DNA from: Nitrosococcus oceani ATCC 19707
GTDB lineage: Bacteria > Pseudomonadota > Gammaproteobacteria > Nitrosococcales > Nitrosococcaceae
Reading direction: 5' to 3'
Assembly (NCBI RefSeq): GCF_000012805.1
Contig: NC_007484.1
Span: 3,390,001-3,422,000 of the forward strand
Length of the DNA: 32,000 nt
Under the pieces are notes generated by a model. It had not been told where the DNA came from and searched no databases. It was given only the letters and a program-made list of their open reading frames with translations. Each line of letters begins with the position of its first letter. The stretch's first letter is position 1. Positions 19,383 through 29,270 of the stretch are shown in pieces. A program made the translations under genes and the position numbers.

Positions 19383-20690
19383 GTGACTAAATCAGCAAAT
19401 ACTCGAATAATAGCAACCAGCGTGCTGGTGCGGGTGCTCGGCCAGGGGCGCTCCCTCACTGCGGTTTTGCCGCCAGCGATGGCGCATCTACCGGCGCGAG
19501 ATCAAGCCTTTACCCAAACCTTATGCTATGGAGTTTTACGATGGCTCCCCCGGCTTGACTATCTGGCCCAGAAGATTTTACATAAGCCGTTACGAGCACG
19601 CGACAGGGATCTTTATGCCTTGCTACTTTTGGGGCTATACCAGCTAACGGAGCTAGGTATTCCCTCCCATGCGGCTTTGTCCGAAACTGTCAACGCCGCC
19701 GAAAGCCTGGGTAAGCCATGGGCTAAAAAAATGCTCAACGCAACCCTCCGGGCCTACTTACGCAATGAAACCGCCCTACAAACTCAGGTGACCGCCCATG
19801 AAACGGCCCACACCGCTCACCCTCAGTGGCTCTTGGACGCTATCCGCAATTCCTGGCCAGATCATTGGCCTCAAATTATTACGGCCAACAATAGCCACCC
19901 CCCTCTCAGTCTGCGTATTAACCGTCTCCAAAACAATCGGAAGAACTATCTGCAGGAACTGAAACGCAATGATATCAAAGCCTGGCCCATCCCCCATACG
20001 GAAAGTGGAGTCATACTAGAGCAGCCCTGCCAAGTCGCAACCTTGCCAGGTTTTCTTAAGGGCCAAGTTTCCGTCCAGGATGGTGCCGGACAGCGAGCTG
20101 CTCCTTTATTGGCCCTGACCCCAGGGCAACGCGTATTGGATGCTTGCGCAGCTCCTGGGGGCAAAACCAGCCATATTCTGGAGCTTGAACCTCAATTGGA
20201 GACCCTCATTGCTTTGGATTTAGATGCGACCCGCTTAGAGAGACTCAATAGCAATCTTAAGCGATTGCAACTGAAGGCTGAGGTGATCCAAGGCAATGCG
20301 CTGCAACCTGACACTTGGTGGGATGGAATCCCCTTTGATCGTATTTTGCTAGATGCTCCCTGCTCGGGTAGCGGAGTCATCCGCCGCCACCCCGACATTA
20401 AAGCACTAAGACGAGAAAGTGATATTCTTCCCTTGGCAACCCTGCAAAAGCGCTTATTATCGGCTCTATGGCCGCTGCTCGCGCCAGGAGGCATGCTGCT
20501 TTACTGCACTTGCTCCATATTGCCTATAGAGAACGAACAGCAGATTCGTGAATTTCTTCTTACCCACCCCGATGGGCAAGAGCGGCCATTGGATGTTCCG
20601 TGGGGCTTGCTGCAAACAGCTGGACGGCAACTATTAACTGGCATGGAAGAATTAGACGGGTTCTATTATGCCTGCCTGGAGAAGCGCTGA
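19383..20690 (+). CDS. rsmB: 16S rRNA (cytosine967-C5)-methyltransferase
   Basis: It has a NusB-like N-terminal domain and the SAM-binding motif VLDACAAPGGKT. The catalytic motifs DAPCSGSG and TCS are also present. It uses a GTG start. Confidence 0.93.
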   Translation: MTKSANTRIIATSVLVRVLGQGRSLTAVLPPAMAHLPARDQAFTQTLCYGVLRWLPRLDYLAQKILHKPLRARDRDLYALLLLGLYQLTELGIPSHAALSETVNAAESLGKPWAKKMLNATLRAYLRNETALQTQVTAHETAHTAHPQWLLDAIRNSWPDHWPQIITANNSHPPLSLRINRLQNNRKNYLQELKRNDIKAWPIPHTESGVILEQPCQVATLPGFLKGQVSVQDGAGQRAAPLLALTPGQRVLDACAAPGGKTSHILELEPQLETLIALDLDATRLERLNSNLKRLQLKAEVIQGNALQPDTWWDGIPFDRILLDAPCSGSGVIRRHPDIKALRRESDILPLATLQKRLLSALWPLLAPGGMLLYCTCSILPIENEQQIREFLLTHPDGQERPLDVPWGLLQTAGRQLLTGMEELDGFYYACLEKR

Positions 20691-21261
20691 AACCAACTTC
20701 CCCTGGCGCCATCTCGGGCTAGCGTTTTTGGGCTTGCTGCTGGGCACCCAGTGTACCGCAAGCGAATCATTTAATATTCGTTCGGCTAGCACCCAGCTCG
20801 TTAAAGGCGTCTATCGTCTCCATGCCCAAATCGATTATCCTCTGAACAAAGAGGTAAAAACTGCTATCGAAAGCGGCATTCCTCTCATTGTCAATCAAGA
20901 AATTGAAGTCCTGCGGCTTCGATGGTGGCTCTGGCCAAAGACCATTAAACATATCATCCTTCGTTATCAGCTAAAATATCATGCCCTATCAGAGCAATTT
21001 GTCCTGACTTACCTAAACCAAGACACACAGCGAACCTATCCCAACCTGACCGCAGCTATCAAGCAGCTTAGTACAATTAAGCACTATCCATTGATTACCC
21101 GTGGAGAACTGGACCTTCACCACAACTACCGGATTCGCCTGAAAACAAGCTTGAGTATTAAGGACTTACCGGCCCCTATGCGGCCACTAGCCTATTTATC
21201 CCCCCAATGGTACCTAGACAGCCCATGGTTCAGTTGGTTACTCGAATCGCCAAACATCTAA
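20668..21261 (+). CDS. DUF4390 domain-containing exported protein
   Basis: The signal-like N-terminus is LGLAFLGLLLGTQCTAS. The body FNIRSASTQLVKGVYRLHAQIDYPLNKEVKTAIESGIPL...KYHALSEQF is as I recall for DUF4390, which typically sits between rsmB and ntrY. It overlaps the rsmB 3' end by 23 nt. Confidence 0.75.
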   Translation: MPAWRSAETNFPWRHLGLAFLGLLLGTQCTASESFNIRSASTQLVKGVYRLHAQIDYPLNKEVKTAIESGIPLIVNQEIEVLRLRWWLWPKTIKHIILRYQLKYHALSEQFVLTYLNQDTQRTYPNLTAAIKQLSTIKHYPLITRGELDLHHNYRIRLKTSLSIKDLPAPMRPLAYLSPQWYLDSPWFSWLLESPNI

Positions 21262-23426
21262 ACTACGGCTATATCCGTTACCTCACCTTGGGAGGACTGC
21301 TCCTGCTCTCTTTTTATCTGCTAGCTGCTGCCCTCGAAGATTCAGCTCATTTCGGCCGCCTTTACTTCATCGTACTTGGAGTTAATATCCTGGCCCTGTT
21401 GCTGCTGCTCTTTTTTATTGGTACTAATCTGATCCAGTTAATTCGAGGATACCGGGAACGCCAACCTGGTTCGCGGCTCACCGTGCGGGTAGCCGCCATG
21501 TTTATTTCCCTAACTTTCATTCCCTTGATCATTGTATTTTCCTTCTCATTACAATTTTTACACCGAGGCATTGAAAGCTGGTTTGATGTGCAAGTGGAAA
21601 AAGCCCTTGAAGATTCCCTAGAACTTAGCCGTACCGCCTTTGGAATTCGGATGCGGACTCTACTCAAACAAACCCAATTAATGGCGGCCACCTTAGCCGA
21701 ATTACCCCTAGAGAAAGCGGCTTACAGCCTCCAGGAACTCCGCTATATTAGTGGCGCTCATGAGCTGACTTTGCTTAATACCCGCGGGCAAGTCATTACC
21801 TCAGCTACCCACGACCCTGAGACCATTGTCCCAGACCACCCCAATGATGTTATCTTATTTCAGCTCCGCCAAGGGCAAGATTATGTTGCCCTGGATCCCG
21901 TCGGGGACTCAGGACTGCATTTGCGGGCCGTGGTTAATTTGCCGGCTACGCGCACTGATACCGAAGCATTGATATTACAGGCTTTATTTCCCATAGCAGA
22001 CCGATTAAGCACCCTGGCCGATAGTGTTCAAGATGCTTATGATCAATACAAACAGCTAGCTTACCTGCGCAGACCACTTATCTATAGCTTTACCTTGACA
22101 CTCTCTCTAATCGTACTCCTCACGCTACTAGCAGCCGTATGGACAGCATTTTTTCTAGCACGGCGCTTAGCCTCCCCGGTAACGGATCTTGCCCAAGGCA
22201 CCCGGGCCGTTGCTAGGGGCGACTACGATACTCAACTACCTTCCCACAGTCACGATGAATTGGGATTTCTCGTGGACTCTTTCAACCAAATGACGCGGCG
22301 TTTGAGTCAGGCCCGGGATTCTGCCCACGCTAGCCAGCAACAACTGGAGAAGCAACGGCGCTATTTAAAAGCCGTACTGGGTAGTTTATCTTCTGGGGTT
22401 ATTACCCTGGATAATGCGCAACGGATTCGCACCGCCAATATTACCGCAGGAGAAATTCTCAGCGTAGATCTCCGCCGCTATACCGGACAAGTTCTAGAGA
22501 AGATCGCTCGCCATCATCCGGAAGTACAGGAATTTATCGAATTGCTCCACCCCTATCTAAAAAGCTGCCATCAGGAATGGCGCAAAGAAATCATCCGGCA
22601 TCAGGAAAATGGCCGTCAATTTCTGATGTGCCGAGGCGCCCCCCTGCCAGGCGATGCCGGTCAAGTAATCGTATTTGATGATGCCACCGCCTTTGTCCAA
22701 GCGCAGCGGAACGCCGCATGGGGCGAAGTCGCCCGACGCCTAGCCCATGAGATTAAAAACCCACTCACGCCTATCCAGCTCTCCGCAGAACGGCTACGAC
22801 GTAAATATCTTAAACTTCTGCCCACTGATCAGATCCAGCCCTTAGATCGATTAACCCATACCATTATTGCCCAGGTAGAGGCCATGAAAGAGATGGTGAA
22901 TGCTTTTTCCGAGTATGCTCGCAATCCGGCCCTACAACAGCAATCATTGGATTTCAACAGCTTGGTTAAAGAAGTATTGGAACTCTACCGGGGTGATGAA
23001 AACAAATTATATATTGAGACCCAACTGGCTCCCCAACCCCTTTGGCTGCTAGCCGATCCCAGCCGTCTACGCCAATTGCTCCATAATTTACTCAAAAATG
23101 CACTTGAGGCTATGGCCAATTCTCCAAAAACTCCCCACATTACCGTCCAAACCCGCTACCGTGAAGACAAAAAAAGAGAGTGGGTAGAACTTCAAATTAT
23201 CGATCAAGGCCCAGGCATCCCTCCTGAATTATATCAAAATCTATTTGAACCCTACGTTTCTACGCGTCCTAAGGGCACAGGATTAGGGCTGGCCATTGTC
23301 AAGCGTATTGTGGAGGAGCAAGGAGGCCATGTTGCGGCCAGAAATCCTCCCGGCGGGGGCGCATGTCTCATTATCCAATTGCCCTGCCAAACGGCCTCGC
23401 AACCCCTCTTGGAGATACACCGATGA
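21207..23426 (+). CDS. ntrY: NtrY-type sensor histidine kinase (TM-HAMP-PAS-HisKA-HATPase)
   Basis: N-terminal TM helices are followed by a HAMP region (ARRLASPVTDLAQGTRAVARGDY...LVDSFNQMT). The H-box is RRLAHEIKNPLTPIQLSAERLRRK, and N and G boxes are present (HNLLKNALEA, DQGPGIP, GTGLGLAIV). The start is uncertain; the ATG at 21225 is an alternative. Confidence 0.85.
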   Translation: MVPRQPMVQLVTRIAKHLNYGYIRYLTLGGLLLLSFYLLAAALEDSAHFGRLYFIVLGVNILALLLLLFFIGTNLIQLIRGYRERQPGSRLTVRVAAMFISLTFIPLIIVFSFSLQFLHRGIESWFDVQVEKALEDSLELSRTAFGIRMRTLLKQTQLMAATLAELPLEKAAYSLQELRYISGAHELTLLNTRGQVITSATHDPETIVPDHPNDVILFQLRQGQDYVALDPVGDSGLHLRAVVNLPATRTDTEALILQALFPIADRLSTLADSVQDAYDQYKQLAYLRRPLIYSFTLTLSLIVLLTLLAAVWTAFFLARRLASPVTDLAQGTRAVARGDYDTQLPSHSHDELGFLVDSFNQMTRRLSQARDSAHASQQQLEKQRRYLKAVLGSLSSGVITLDNAQRIRTANITAGEILSVDLRRYTGQVLEKIARHHPEVQEFIELLHPYLKSCHQEWRKEIIRHQENGRQFLMCRGAPLPGDAGQVIVFDDATAFVQAQRNAAWGEVARRLAHEIKNPLTPIQLSAERLRRKYLKLLPTDQIQPLDRLTHTIIAQVEAMKEMVNAFSEYARNPALQQQSLDFNSLVKEVLELYRGDENKLYIETQLAPQPLWLLADPSRLRQLLHNLLKNALEAMANSPKTPHITVQTRYREDKKREWVELQIIDQGPGIPPELYQNLFEPYVSTRPKGTGLGLAIVKRIVEEQGGHVAARNPPGGGACLIIQLPCQTASQPLLEIHR

Positions 23427-24790
23427 CAGTGCCCCATATTTTAGTGGTGGACGATGAACCTGACATTCGAATCTTGATTCGTGAAATTCTAGAAGACGAG
23501 AACTACCGGGTGAGCATCGCCGAAAATGGCACCACCGCCCGCCAAGTATGGCAAAACGATCCCCCTGACCTCCTCTTGCTGGATATCTGGATACCGGACA
23601 TTGACGGTATTAGCTTACTGCGGGAATGGATTCAAGGCCACCCTAAGGGAGCACCCGTCATTATGATGTCAGGGCACGGTACGGTAGAAACCGCCGTCCA
23701 AGCAATCCGCCTAGGGGCTGTTGACTATATTGAAAAACCCCTTTCCATGGCCAAGCTACTGCTCACGGTGGAAAAAACCCTCGCAACCTCCTATGAGCTA
23801 CCCTCTCCCAGCAAAATAGGCGAACGCTCCCCCCCCCTTCTAGAACCCGCGGGTAAGAGCCTGCTGATGACTAAACTGCGGGAACAGGCGCGGCGCATGG
23901 CAGACGACGAGGCCCCCATACTGCTCATCGGAGAGCCGGGAAGCGGCAAGAACCCATTTGCCCAATACCTTCATGCCGTTCGCTCTTCCAGATGCGAAGG
24001 CCCGTTTACTGCAGTCGATATTGCAAGTTTGAAACCAGAATCCCAAGATCTGGAGCTATTTGGGGAAAGCTTAGATCACCAAAATCAGCCAGGAATATTA
24101 TTAGAAGAGGGGAGGAGAGGCACTGTATTTCTCAATGGGATAGAAGCGTTAAGCCCGATCAGTCAACGCCGACTATATGGCCTTATTGACACTGCCGCCT
24201 CTATGGGGACAATAACTTCAGAACAACGCTTTCCACGCTTGGTGGCCGCCACCAGCGTGGACCTGCTCCAACTTGTTGAAGCCGGCCGCTTTCAGGAAGA
24301 TCTTTTCTATCAACTTAGCGTTTTACCTTTAGCTATTCCCCCACTCCGAGAGCATCCTGAAGATATCCCCGAATTGCTTAATTATTTTGTTAATCTCCTG
24401 GTGGAACAAGAAGGATACCCTTACCGCCATTTTAGCGTTGCCGCTCAAAACCGCCTCCGCAATTATAATTGGCCGGGAAATGTTCAGGAATTACGTAATT
24501 TAGTCCGGCGCTTGCTGATTATTGGCGGCGGAACAGAAATTGGTTTAGCTGAAGTTGAAGCCAGTCTAAAACCCATTTCGATCACGGGCACCCCCCTTTC
24601 CATTGATCTGGGGCTCCCACTACGGGAAGCCCGGGAACAATTCGAGCGGCTTTATCTGGAGCATAAATTACGGGAAACTGGAGGCAATGTGGGCAAGGCT
24701 GCAAAATTAGTCGAAATGGAACGGACCCATCTATACCGTAAACTACGGGCTCTGGGAATTGATGCTAAGCAGTTGGGAAATCAAGAGTAA
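23423..24790 (+). CDS. ntrX: NtrX-type response regulator (receiver, degenerate AAA+ core, Fis-type HTH)
   Basis: I trimmed it to the ATG at 23423, which overlaps the ntrY stop (ATGA). The receiver reads ILVVDDEPDIR...LLLLDIWIPDIDG...IEKP. The AAA+ region carries GEPGSGKN and the HTH reads GGNVGKAAKLVEMERTHLYRKL. Confidence 0.88.
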   Translation: MTVPHILVVDDEPDIRILIREILEDENYRVSIAENGTTARQVWQNDPPDLLLLDIWIPDIDGISLLREWIQGHPKGAPVIMMSGHGTVETAVQAIRLGAVDYIEKPLSMAKLLLTVEKTLATSYELPSPSKIGERSPPLLEPAGKSLLMTKLREQARRMADDEAPILLIGEPGSGKNPFAQYLHAVRSSRCEGPFTAVDIASLKPESQDLELFGESLDHQNQPGILLEEGRRGTVFLNGIEALSPISQRRLYGLIDTAASMGTITSEQRFPRLVAATSVDLLQLVEAGRFQEDLFYQLSVLPLAIPPLREHPEDIPELLNYFVNLLVEQEGYPYRHFSVAAQNRLRNYNWPGNVQELRNLVRRLLIIGGGTEIGLAEVEASLKPISITGTPLSIDLGLPLREAREQFERLYLEHKLRETGGNVGKAAKLVEMERTHLYRKLRALGIDAKQLGNQE

Positions 24791-24845
24791 TTAACCAACT
24801 TACTTAGTAACAAACAATGTAAAAATAGACAAACTGGCTGTTTCC

Positions 24846-26219
24846 ATGAAAATCATTATTTTAGGTGCAGGCCAAGTAGGCGCCTCGGTAGCGGTTAATC
24901 TAGCCAGCGAAGCTAACGATATTACCCTCGTGGATACCAATGGCAAATTACTGCAAAGCCTCCAGGATCGTTTAGATATCCGAACCGTACAAGGCTGGGC
25001 CTCCCATCCCGATGTCCTTGCTCAAGCCGGCGCTGAAGACACGGATATGATTGTGGCAGTCACTAGTAGCGATGAAACCAATATGATTGCCTGTCAAATC
25101 GCCTATAGCCTGTTTCATACCCCCACCAAGGTGGCCCGGGTCCGCGCCGCCGGCTATTTAGCCTATCCAGAGTTGTTTTCCACCAAAACCTTACCTATCG
25201 ACGTGCTAATCAGCCCGGAGCAACTGGTCACTGATTATATTAAGCGCTTGATCGATAATCCAGGTACTTTTCAAGTCCTGGACTTCGCCGATGGAAGGGT
25301 CCAATTAGTGGCGGTAAGAGCCTATTATGGCGGTTTACTGGTCGGCCACCAGCTCCGGGAATTATCCGAACACATCCCCGGCGTAGAGACTCGGGTAGCG
25401 GCCATCTTCCGCCAAGACAAGTCCATTTCTCCTCAAGGTAGCACGGTTATCGAGGCAGATGATGAAGTGTTTTTCATTGCCGCGCAAAAAGACATTCCTA
25501 AAGTCATGGGGGAACTGCGCCGCTTGGACAATCCCTATAAGCGGATCATGCTCGGTGGTGGCGGCAGCATCGGCCAGCGCCTAGCTCAAGCGCTGGAAGA
25601 GCACTATCAAGTTAAAATCATCGAAACTGATCCTAAACGGGCACGAGTCCTCTCTGAGGAGCTCCATAAAAGCATCGTCCTGCAGGGCGATGCAGCTAGT
25701 GAAGAACTCCTGCTAGAGGAGAATATCGAAGATACGGATATTTATTGCGCCTTAACCAACGATGATGAAATTAACATTCTTTCCGCCATGCTTGCCAAAC
25801 GGCTAGGCGCTGGCAAAGTTATGTCCTTAATCAACCGGGCGGCCTATGTGGATCTGGTGGAAAGCGGGGCTGTGGATATTGCTGTCTCCCCCCAACAGGC
25901 TACCATTAGCAGCTTGCTGGCTCACATCCGCCATGGCGATGTGGTGGCTGCCCATTCTTTACGCCGGGGGGCAGCCGAGGCGTTGGAAGCTGTAGCCCAT
26001 GGAGATCCTTCTTCCTCCAAAGTCATTGGCCGGGCCATTGAAGAGATCAAGCTCCCGCCGGGCACCACTATCGGCGCTATTGCGCGAAATGAAGAAGTGC
26101 TGATGGCCCACCACGATACAATCATTGAATCCGGCGATCATGTCATCTTATTTTTAGTAGACAAGCACCACGTCCCGGATGTGGAGCGTTTGTTCCAGGT
26201 AGGCTTTACTTTCCTCTGA
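24846..26219 (+). CDS. trkA: Trk system potassium uptake protein TrkA
   Basis: [19 protein letters not shown] begins the first Rossmann (RCK_N) domain. A second RCK_N domain begins with [17 protein letters not shown]. The 457-aa length fits. Confidence 0.95.
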   Translation: MKIIILGAGQVGASVAVNLASEANDITLVDTNGKLLQSLQDRLDIRTVQGWASHPDVLAQAGAEDTDMIVAVTSSDETNMIACQIAYSLFHTPTKVARVRAAGYLAYPELFSTKTLPIDVLISPEQLVTDYIKRLIDNPGTFQVLDFADGRVQLVAVRAYYGGLLVGHQLRELSEHIPGVETRVAAIFRQDKSISPQGSTVIEADDEVFFIAAQKDIPKVMGELRRLDNPYKRIMLGGGGSIGQRLAQALEEHYQVKIIETDPKRARVLSEELHKSIVLQGDAASEELLLEENIEDTDIYCALTNDDEINILSAMLAKRLGAGKVMSLINRAAYVDLVESGAVDIAVSPQQATISSLLAHIRHGDVVAAHSLRRGAAEALEAVAHGDPSSSKVIGRAIEEIKLPPGTTIGAIARNEEVLMAHHDTIIESGDHVILFLVDKHHVPDVERLFQVGFTFL

Positions 26220-26247
26220 CACTCCCCGTCCGCCGCGGTACGCGCTT

Positions 26248-26268
26248 ACCTGCCTGCCGCAGGCAGGT
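26248..26268. terminator. perfect GC-rich hairpin between convergent trkA and uvrA (candidate bidirectional terminator)
   Basis: acctgcctgc-c-gcaggcaggt forms a 10-bp perfect stem. There is no clear T tract on either side, so a terminator function is an inference. Confidence 0.4.
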
Positions 26269-26326
26269 ATCACCGCCCGATTGGGCGATCCTTTACGCGC
26301 TATTTGGTAATTGTTAAAACGCACGA

Positions 26327-29188
26327 TCATGGCTTTGCTGCTACCGGGGATTGGCCTCGCTTGGCCTTGGGTAAAATCCGAGCCAGATAACGTCCAGTAT
26401 AGGAAGCTTGGCAGGCAGCCACCGTCTCAGGCGTCCCGGTAGCGATAATCCTTCCTCCCCCTTCCCCTCCCTCGGGACCCAAATCGACAATCCAGTCAGC
26501 CGTCTTGATGACATCCAAATGGTGTTCAATGATCACAATGGTATTGCCCCCATCCCGCAACCGCAATAATACTTGGAGAAGCTGGGCAATATCATGAAAA
26601 TGCAACCCCGTGGTCGGCTCATCTAGAATGTACAGAGTCCGCCCCGTATCCCGCCTGGCTAGCTCTTTCGCCAGTTTGATCCGCTGGGCCTCGCCGCCCG
26701 AGAGGGTAACTGCATTTTGCCCTAGCGTGATATAGGAGAGTCCCACCTCTAGCAAAGTCAGCAGCTTTCGGGCTACTGCCGGAACATTGGCAAAGAAATC
26801 CTGCGCTTCTTCCACCGTCATTGCTAATATTTCATCAATACTTTTGCCCTTATAGCGAATCTCCAGGGTTTCCCGATTATAGCGTTTGCCCTGGCAAACA
26901 TCGCAGGCCACATAGAGATCGGGAAGAAAGTGCATCTCTACCTTGATTAGCCCATCACCTTGGCAAGATTCGCAGCGTCCTCCCTTGACATTAAAACTGA
27001 AACGACCCGGCCCATAGCCCCGAGAGCGAGCCTCATGTGTGCCCGCGAATAGGCTGCGAATAGAAGCAAAAAATCCAGTATAAGTGGCCGGGTTGGAACG
27101 GGGCGTGCGGCCAATGGGATTTTGATCGATAGCGATCACCTTATCCAGATGTTCCAAGCCCTCAATGCTTTCATAAGGGGCAGACTCAACCGAGGCTCGA
27201 TGAAGAATTCGAGTCGCCGCCCGCAACAGGGTGTCATTGATTAAGGTGGATTTACCCGAGCCGGAAACTCCTGTGATACAGGTCATCGCTCCTAGGGGAA
27301 TATCCAAATCCACCTGATCCAGATTATTGCCATGAGCCCCCCGTAAAGAAAGCAGGCGGGAAGTATTGAAGGGCACCCGCTGGCAGGGCATGGGGATTTC
27401 TTTCTGTCCCTTGAGATACTGCCCAGTCAAGGAAGCCGGATTAGCCATAATCTCTAGCGGCGTGCCTTGGGCCACGATCTCCCCCCCATGCCTGCCCGCG
27501 CCAGGACCCATATCAATCACCTGATCAGCCGCCCGGATCGCCTCCTCATCGTGCTCCACCACAATGACTGTGTTGCCCCGATCGCGGAGGCGGATCAAGG
27601 TCTCCAGCAACCGCTGATGATCCCGCTGATGCAAACCAACAGAAGGCTCATCCAGAATATACATCACTCCCACCAAACCGGCTCCAATCTGGCTGGCCAG
27701 TCGGATTCGTTGGGCCTCGCCACCGGAGAGGGTCTCCGCGCGCCGATTCAAAGTTAAATAACCCAACCCGACATTGATCAAGAAGCCTAGCCGGTCTTGG
27801 ATCTCCTTGAGGATTGGGTTTGCAATGGCCCCTCGGCGACCCGGTAAACATAGCTGGGAAAACAAGCTCTGCGCCTGCCCTACAGGCAAGGCGGTGATTT
27901 CAGGCAGACTATAATCCGCCACGAATACATGGCGCGCCTCCTGGCGCAGCCGGGTACCCTGGCATGCCGGGCAAACCTGCACGGCTAAATAGCGAGCCAA
28001 TTCTTCTCGCACCGCCGAGGTCTCGGTCTCCCGGTAATGGCGCTCCATATTGGGAATCACCCCTTCGAAAGCATGGCGGCGGATAGTCTGCTTGTCTTGG
28101 CTATCGAGATAACGAAAGGTAATTTTCTCCTGGCCACTGCCGTAAAGTACTACCCTGCGTACTGCTTCGGGCAAATCTTGGAAAGGGAGGTCTACCTCAA
28201 AGCCATAGTGCCGGGCCAGGGAAAGAATCATCTGGTAGTAATAAGCATTGCGCCGATCCCAACCCCGAACCGCGCCCGCAGCCAAACTCAACTCAGGATG
28301 GGCCACCACCCGGGAGGAATCAAAAAACGGCTTTACACCCAGCCCCTCGCAACTAGGACAAGCGCCCTTGGGGTTATTAAAGGAAAATAACCGGGGTTCC
28401 AATTCGCTTAAAGAATAGCGACAAACGGGGCAAGCCAAGTGGGCGGAAAACACTTGCTCCGCTAGGGCCGATTCCTCCAAAGAAGCTACCCGAGCCAAGC
28501 CATCGGATAACTGTATGGCCGTCTCGAAGGACTCCGCCAGGCGCAATTGGAGATCAGGGCGGACTTTGAAACGATCCACCACTGCCTCGATGGTATGTTT
28601 TTTATTACCATCCAGTTGAGGCGCTTGCTCCAGCTCTACCACTTCACCATCAATCCTGGCCCGGATAAAGCCCCGCCTCAGCAGATTCTCCAGCACTTGC
28701 AGATGCTCTCCCTTGCGCCCTTCCACTATCGGCGCCAGCAACATGTATCGCCCTCCTTCCGGAAGGCCCAAAACCTGATCCACCATTTGACTCACCGTCT
28801 GGGCCGCCAGGATAATCCCATGCTCCGGGCAACGGGGCTCGCCGGCGCGAGCATAGAGCAAGCGCAAATAATCGTAGATTTCGGTGATGGTGCCGACGGT
28901 GGAGCGGGGATTATGGGAAGTGGATTTTTGCTCGATGGCAATGGCCGGGGAAAGCCCTTCCATATGATCTACATCGGGCTTTTCCATAAGGGAGAGAAAC
29001 TGGCGAGCATAGGCCGAGAGAGACTCCACATAACGGCGCTGCCCTTCAGCATAAAGCGTATCAAAAGCCAGAGATGACTTTCCTGAACCCGACAGCCCGG
29101 TAATAACGATTAACCGTTCCCTGGGCAGATCCAGATCAATGTTCTTCAAATTATGGGTCCGCGCCCCACGGATGCAAATCCGATTCAT
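26327..29188 (-). CDS. uvrA: excinuclease ABC subunit UvrA
   Basis: [18 protein letters not shown], two ABC modules ([26 protein letters not shown] twice) and Zn-finger Cys clusters are present. The length is 953 aa. Confidence 0.97.
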   Translation of the reverse strand: MNRICIRGARTHNLKNIDLDLPRERLIVITGLSGSGKSSLAFDTLYAEGQRRYVESLSAYARQFLSLMEKPDVDHMEGLSPAIAIEQKSTSHNPRSTVGTITEIYDYLRLLYARAGEPRCPEHGIILAAQTVSQMVDQVLGLPEGGRYMLLAPIVEGRKGEHLQVLENLLRRGFIRARIDGEVVELEQAPQLDGNKKHTIEAVVDRFKVRPDLQLRLAESFETAIQLSDGLARVASLEESALAEQVFSAHLACPVCRYSLSELEPRLFSFNNPKGACPSCEGLGVKPFFDSSRVVAHPELSLAAGAVRGWDRRNAYYYQMILSLARHYGFEVDLPFQDLPEAVRRVVLYGSGQEKITFRYLDSQDKQTIRRHAFEGVIPNMERHYRETETSAVREELARYLAVQVCPACQGTRLRQEARHVFVADYSLPEITALPVGQAQSLFSQLCLPGRRGAIANPILKEIQDRLGFLINVGLGYLTLNRRAETLSGGEAQRIRLASQIGAGLVGVMYILDEPSVGLHQRDHQRLLETLIRLRDRGNTVIVVEHDEEAIRAADQVIDMGPGAGRHGGEIVAQGTPLEIMANPASLTGQYLKGQKEIPMPCQRVPFNTSRLLSLRGAHGNNLDQVDLDIPLGAMTCITGVSGSGKSTLINDTLLRAATRILHRASVESAPYESIEGLEHLDKVIAIDQNPIGRTPRSNPATYTGFFASIRSLFAGTHEARSRGYGPGRFSFNVKGGRCESCQGDGLIKVEMHFLPDLYVACDVCQGKRYNRETLEIRYKGKSIDEILAMTVEEAQDFFANVPAVARKLLTLLEVGLSYITLGQNAVTLSGGEAQRIKLAKELARRDTGRTLYILDEPTTGLHFHDIAQLLQVLLRLRDGGNTIVIIEHHLDVIKTADWIVDLGPEGGEGGGRIIATGTPETVAACQASYTGRYLARILPKAKRGQSPVAAKP

Positions 29189-29240
29189 AGCCTTTCGCCT
29201 ATCAGCGATAAAACTTGGTAATATACGCGGTTAAATCTTG

Positions 29241-29270
29241 ATGAAGCAAAATGAAGCAAAATAAAGCAAA
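29241..29270 (+). repeat. three tandem 10-bp units spanning the MFS start codon
   Basis: The sequence is atgaagcaaa / atgaagcaaa / ataaagcaaa. The ATG of unit 1 opens a 7-codon mini-ORF (MKQNEAK*) in another frame. The ATG of unit 2 is the start of the long ORF. Confidence 0.9.

Noticed and set aside
28547-29077. Long antisense ORFs inside confident genes, for example 28547-29077 and 28037-28390 in uvrA, 6470-6838 in pilT, 29442-29792 in the MFS gene, 20192-20494 in rsmB and 583-852 in TauE
   Set aside because: These are shadow ORFs typical of GC-moderate coding sequence. Each overlaps a gene with unmistakable family motifs, and their translations are Arg/Pro/Ser-rich with no features.
29189-29250. 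Expected LexA (SOS) box CTGT-N8-ACAG in the uvrA/yajR-like divergent region and upstream of ssb (30670-30693)
   Set aside because: I read both strands by eye and found no CTGT-N8-ACAG-like palindrome. I cannot claim SOS regulation from this sequence.
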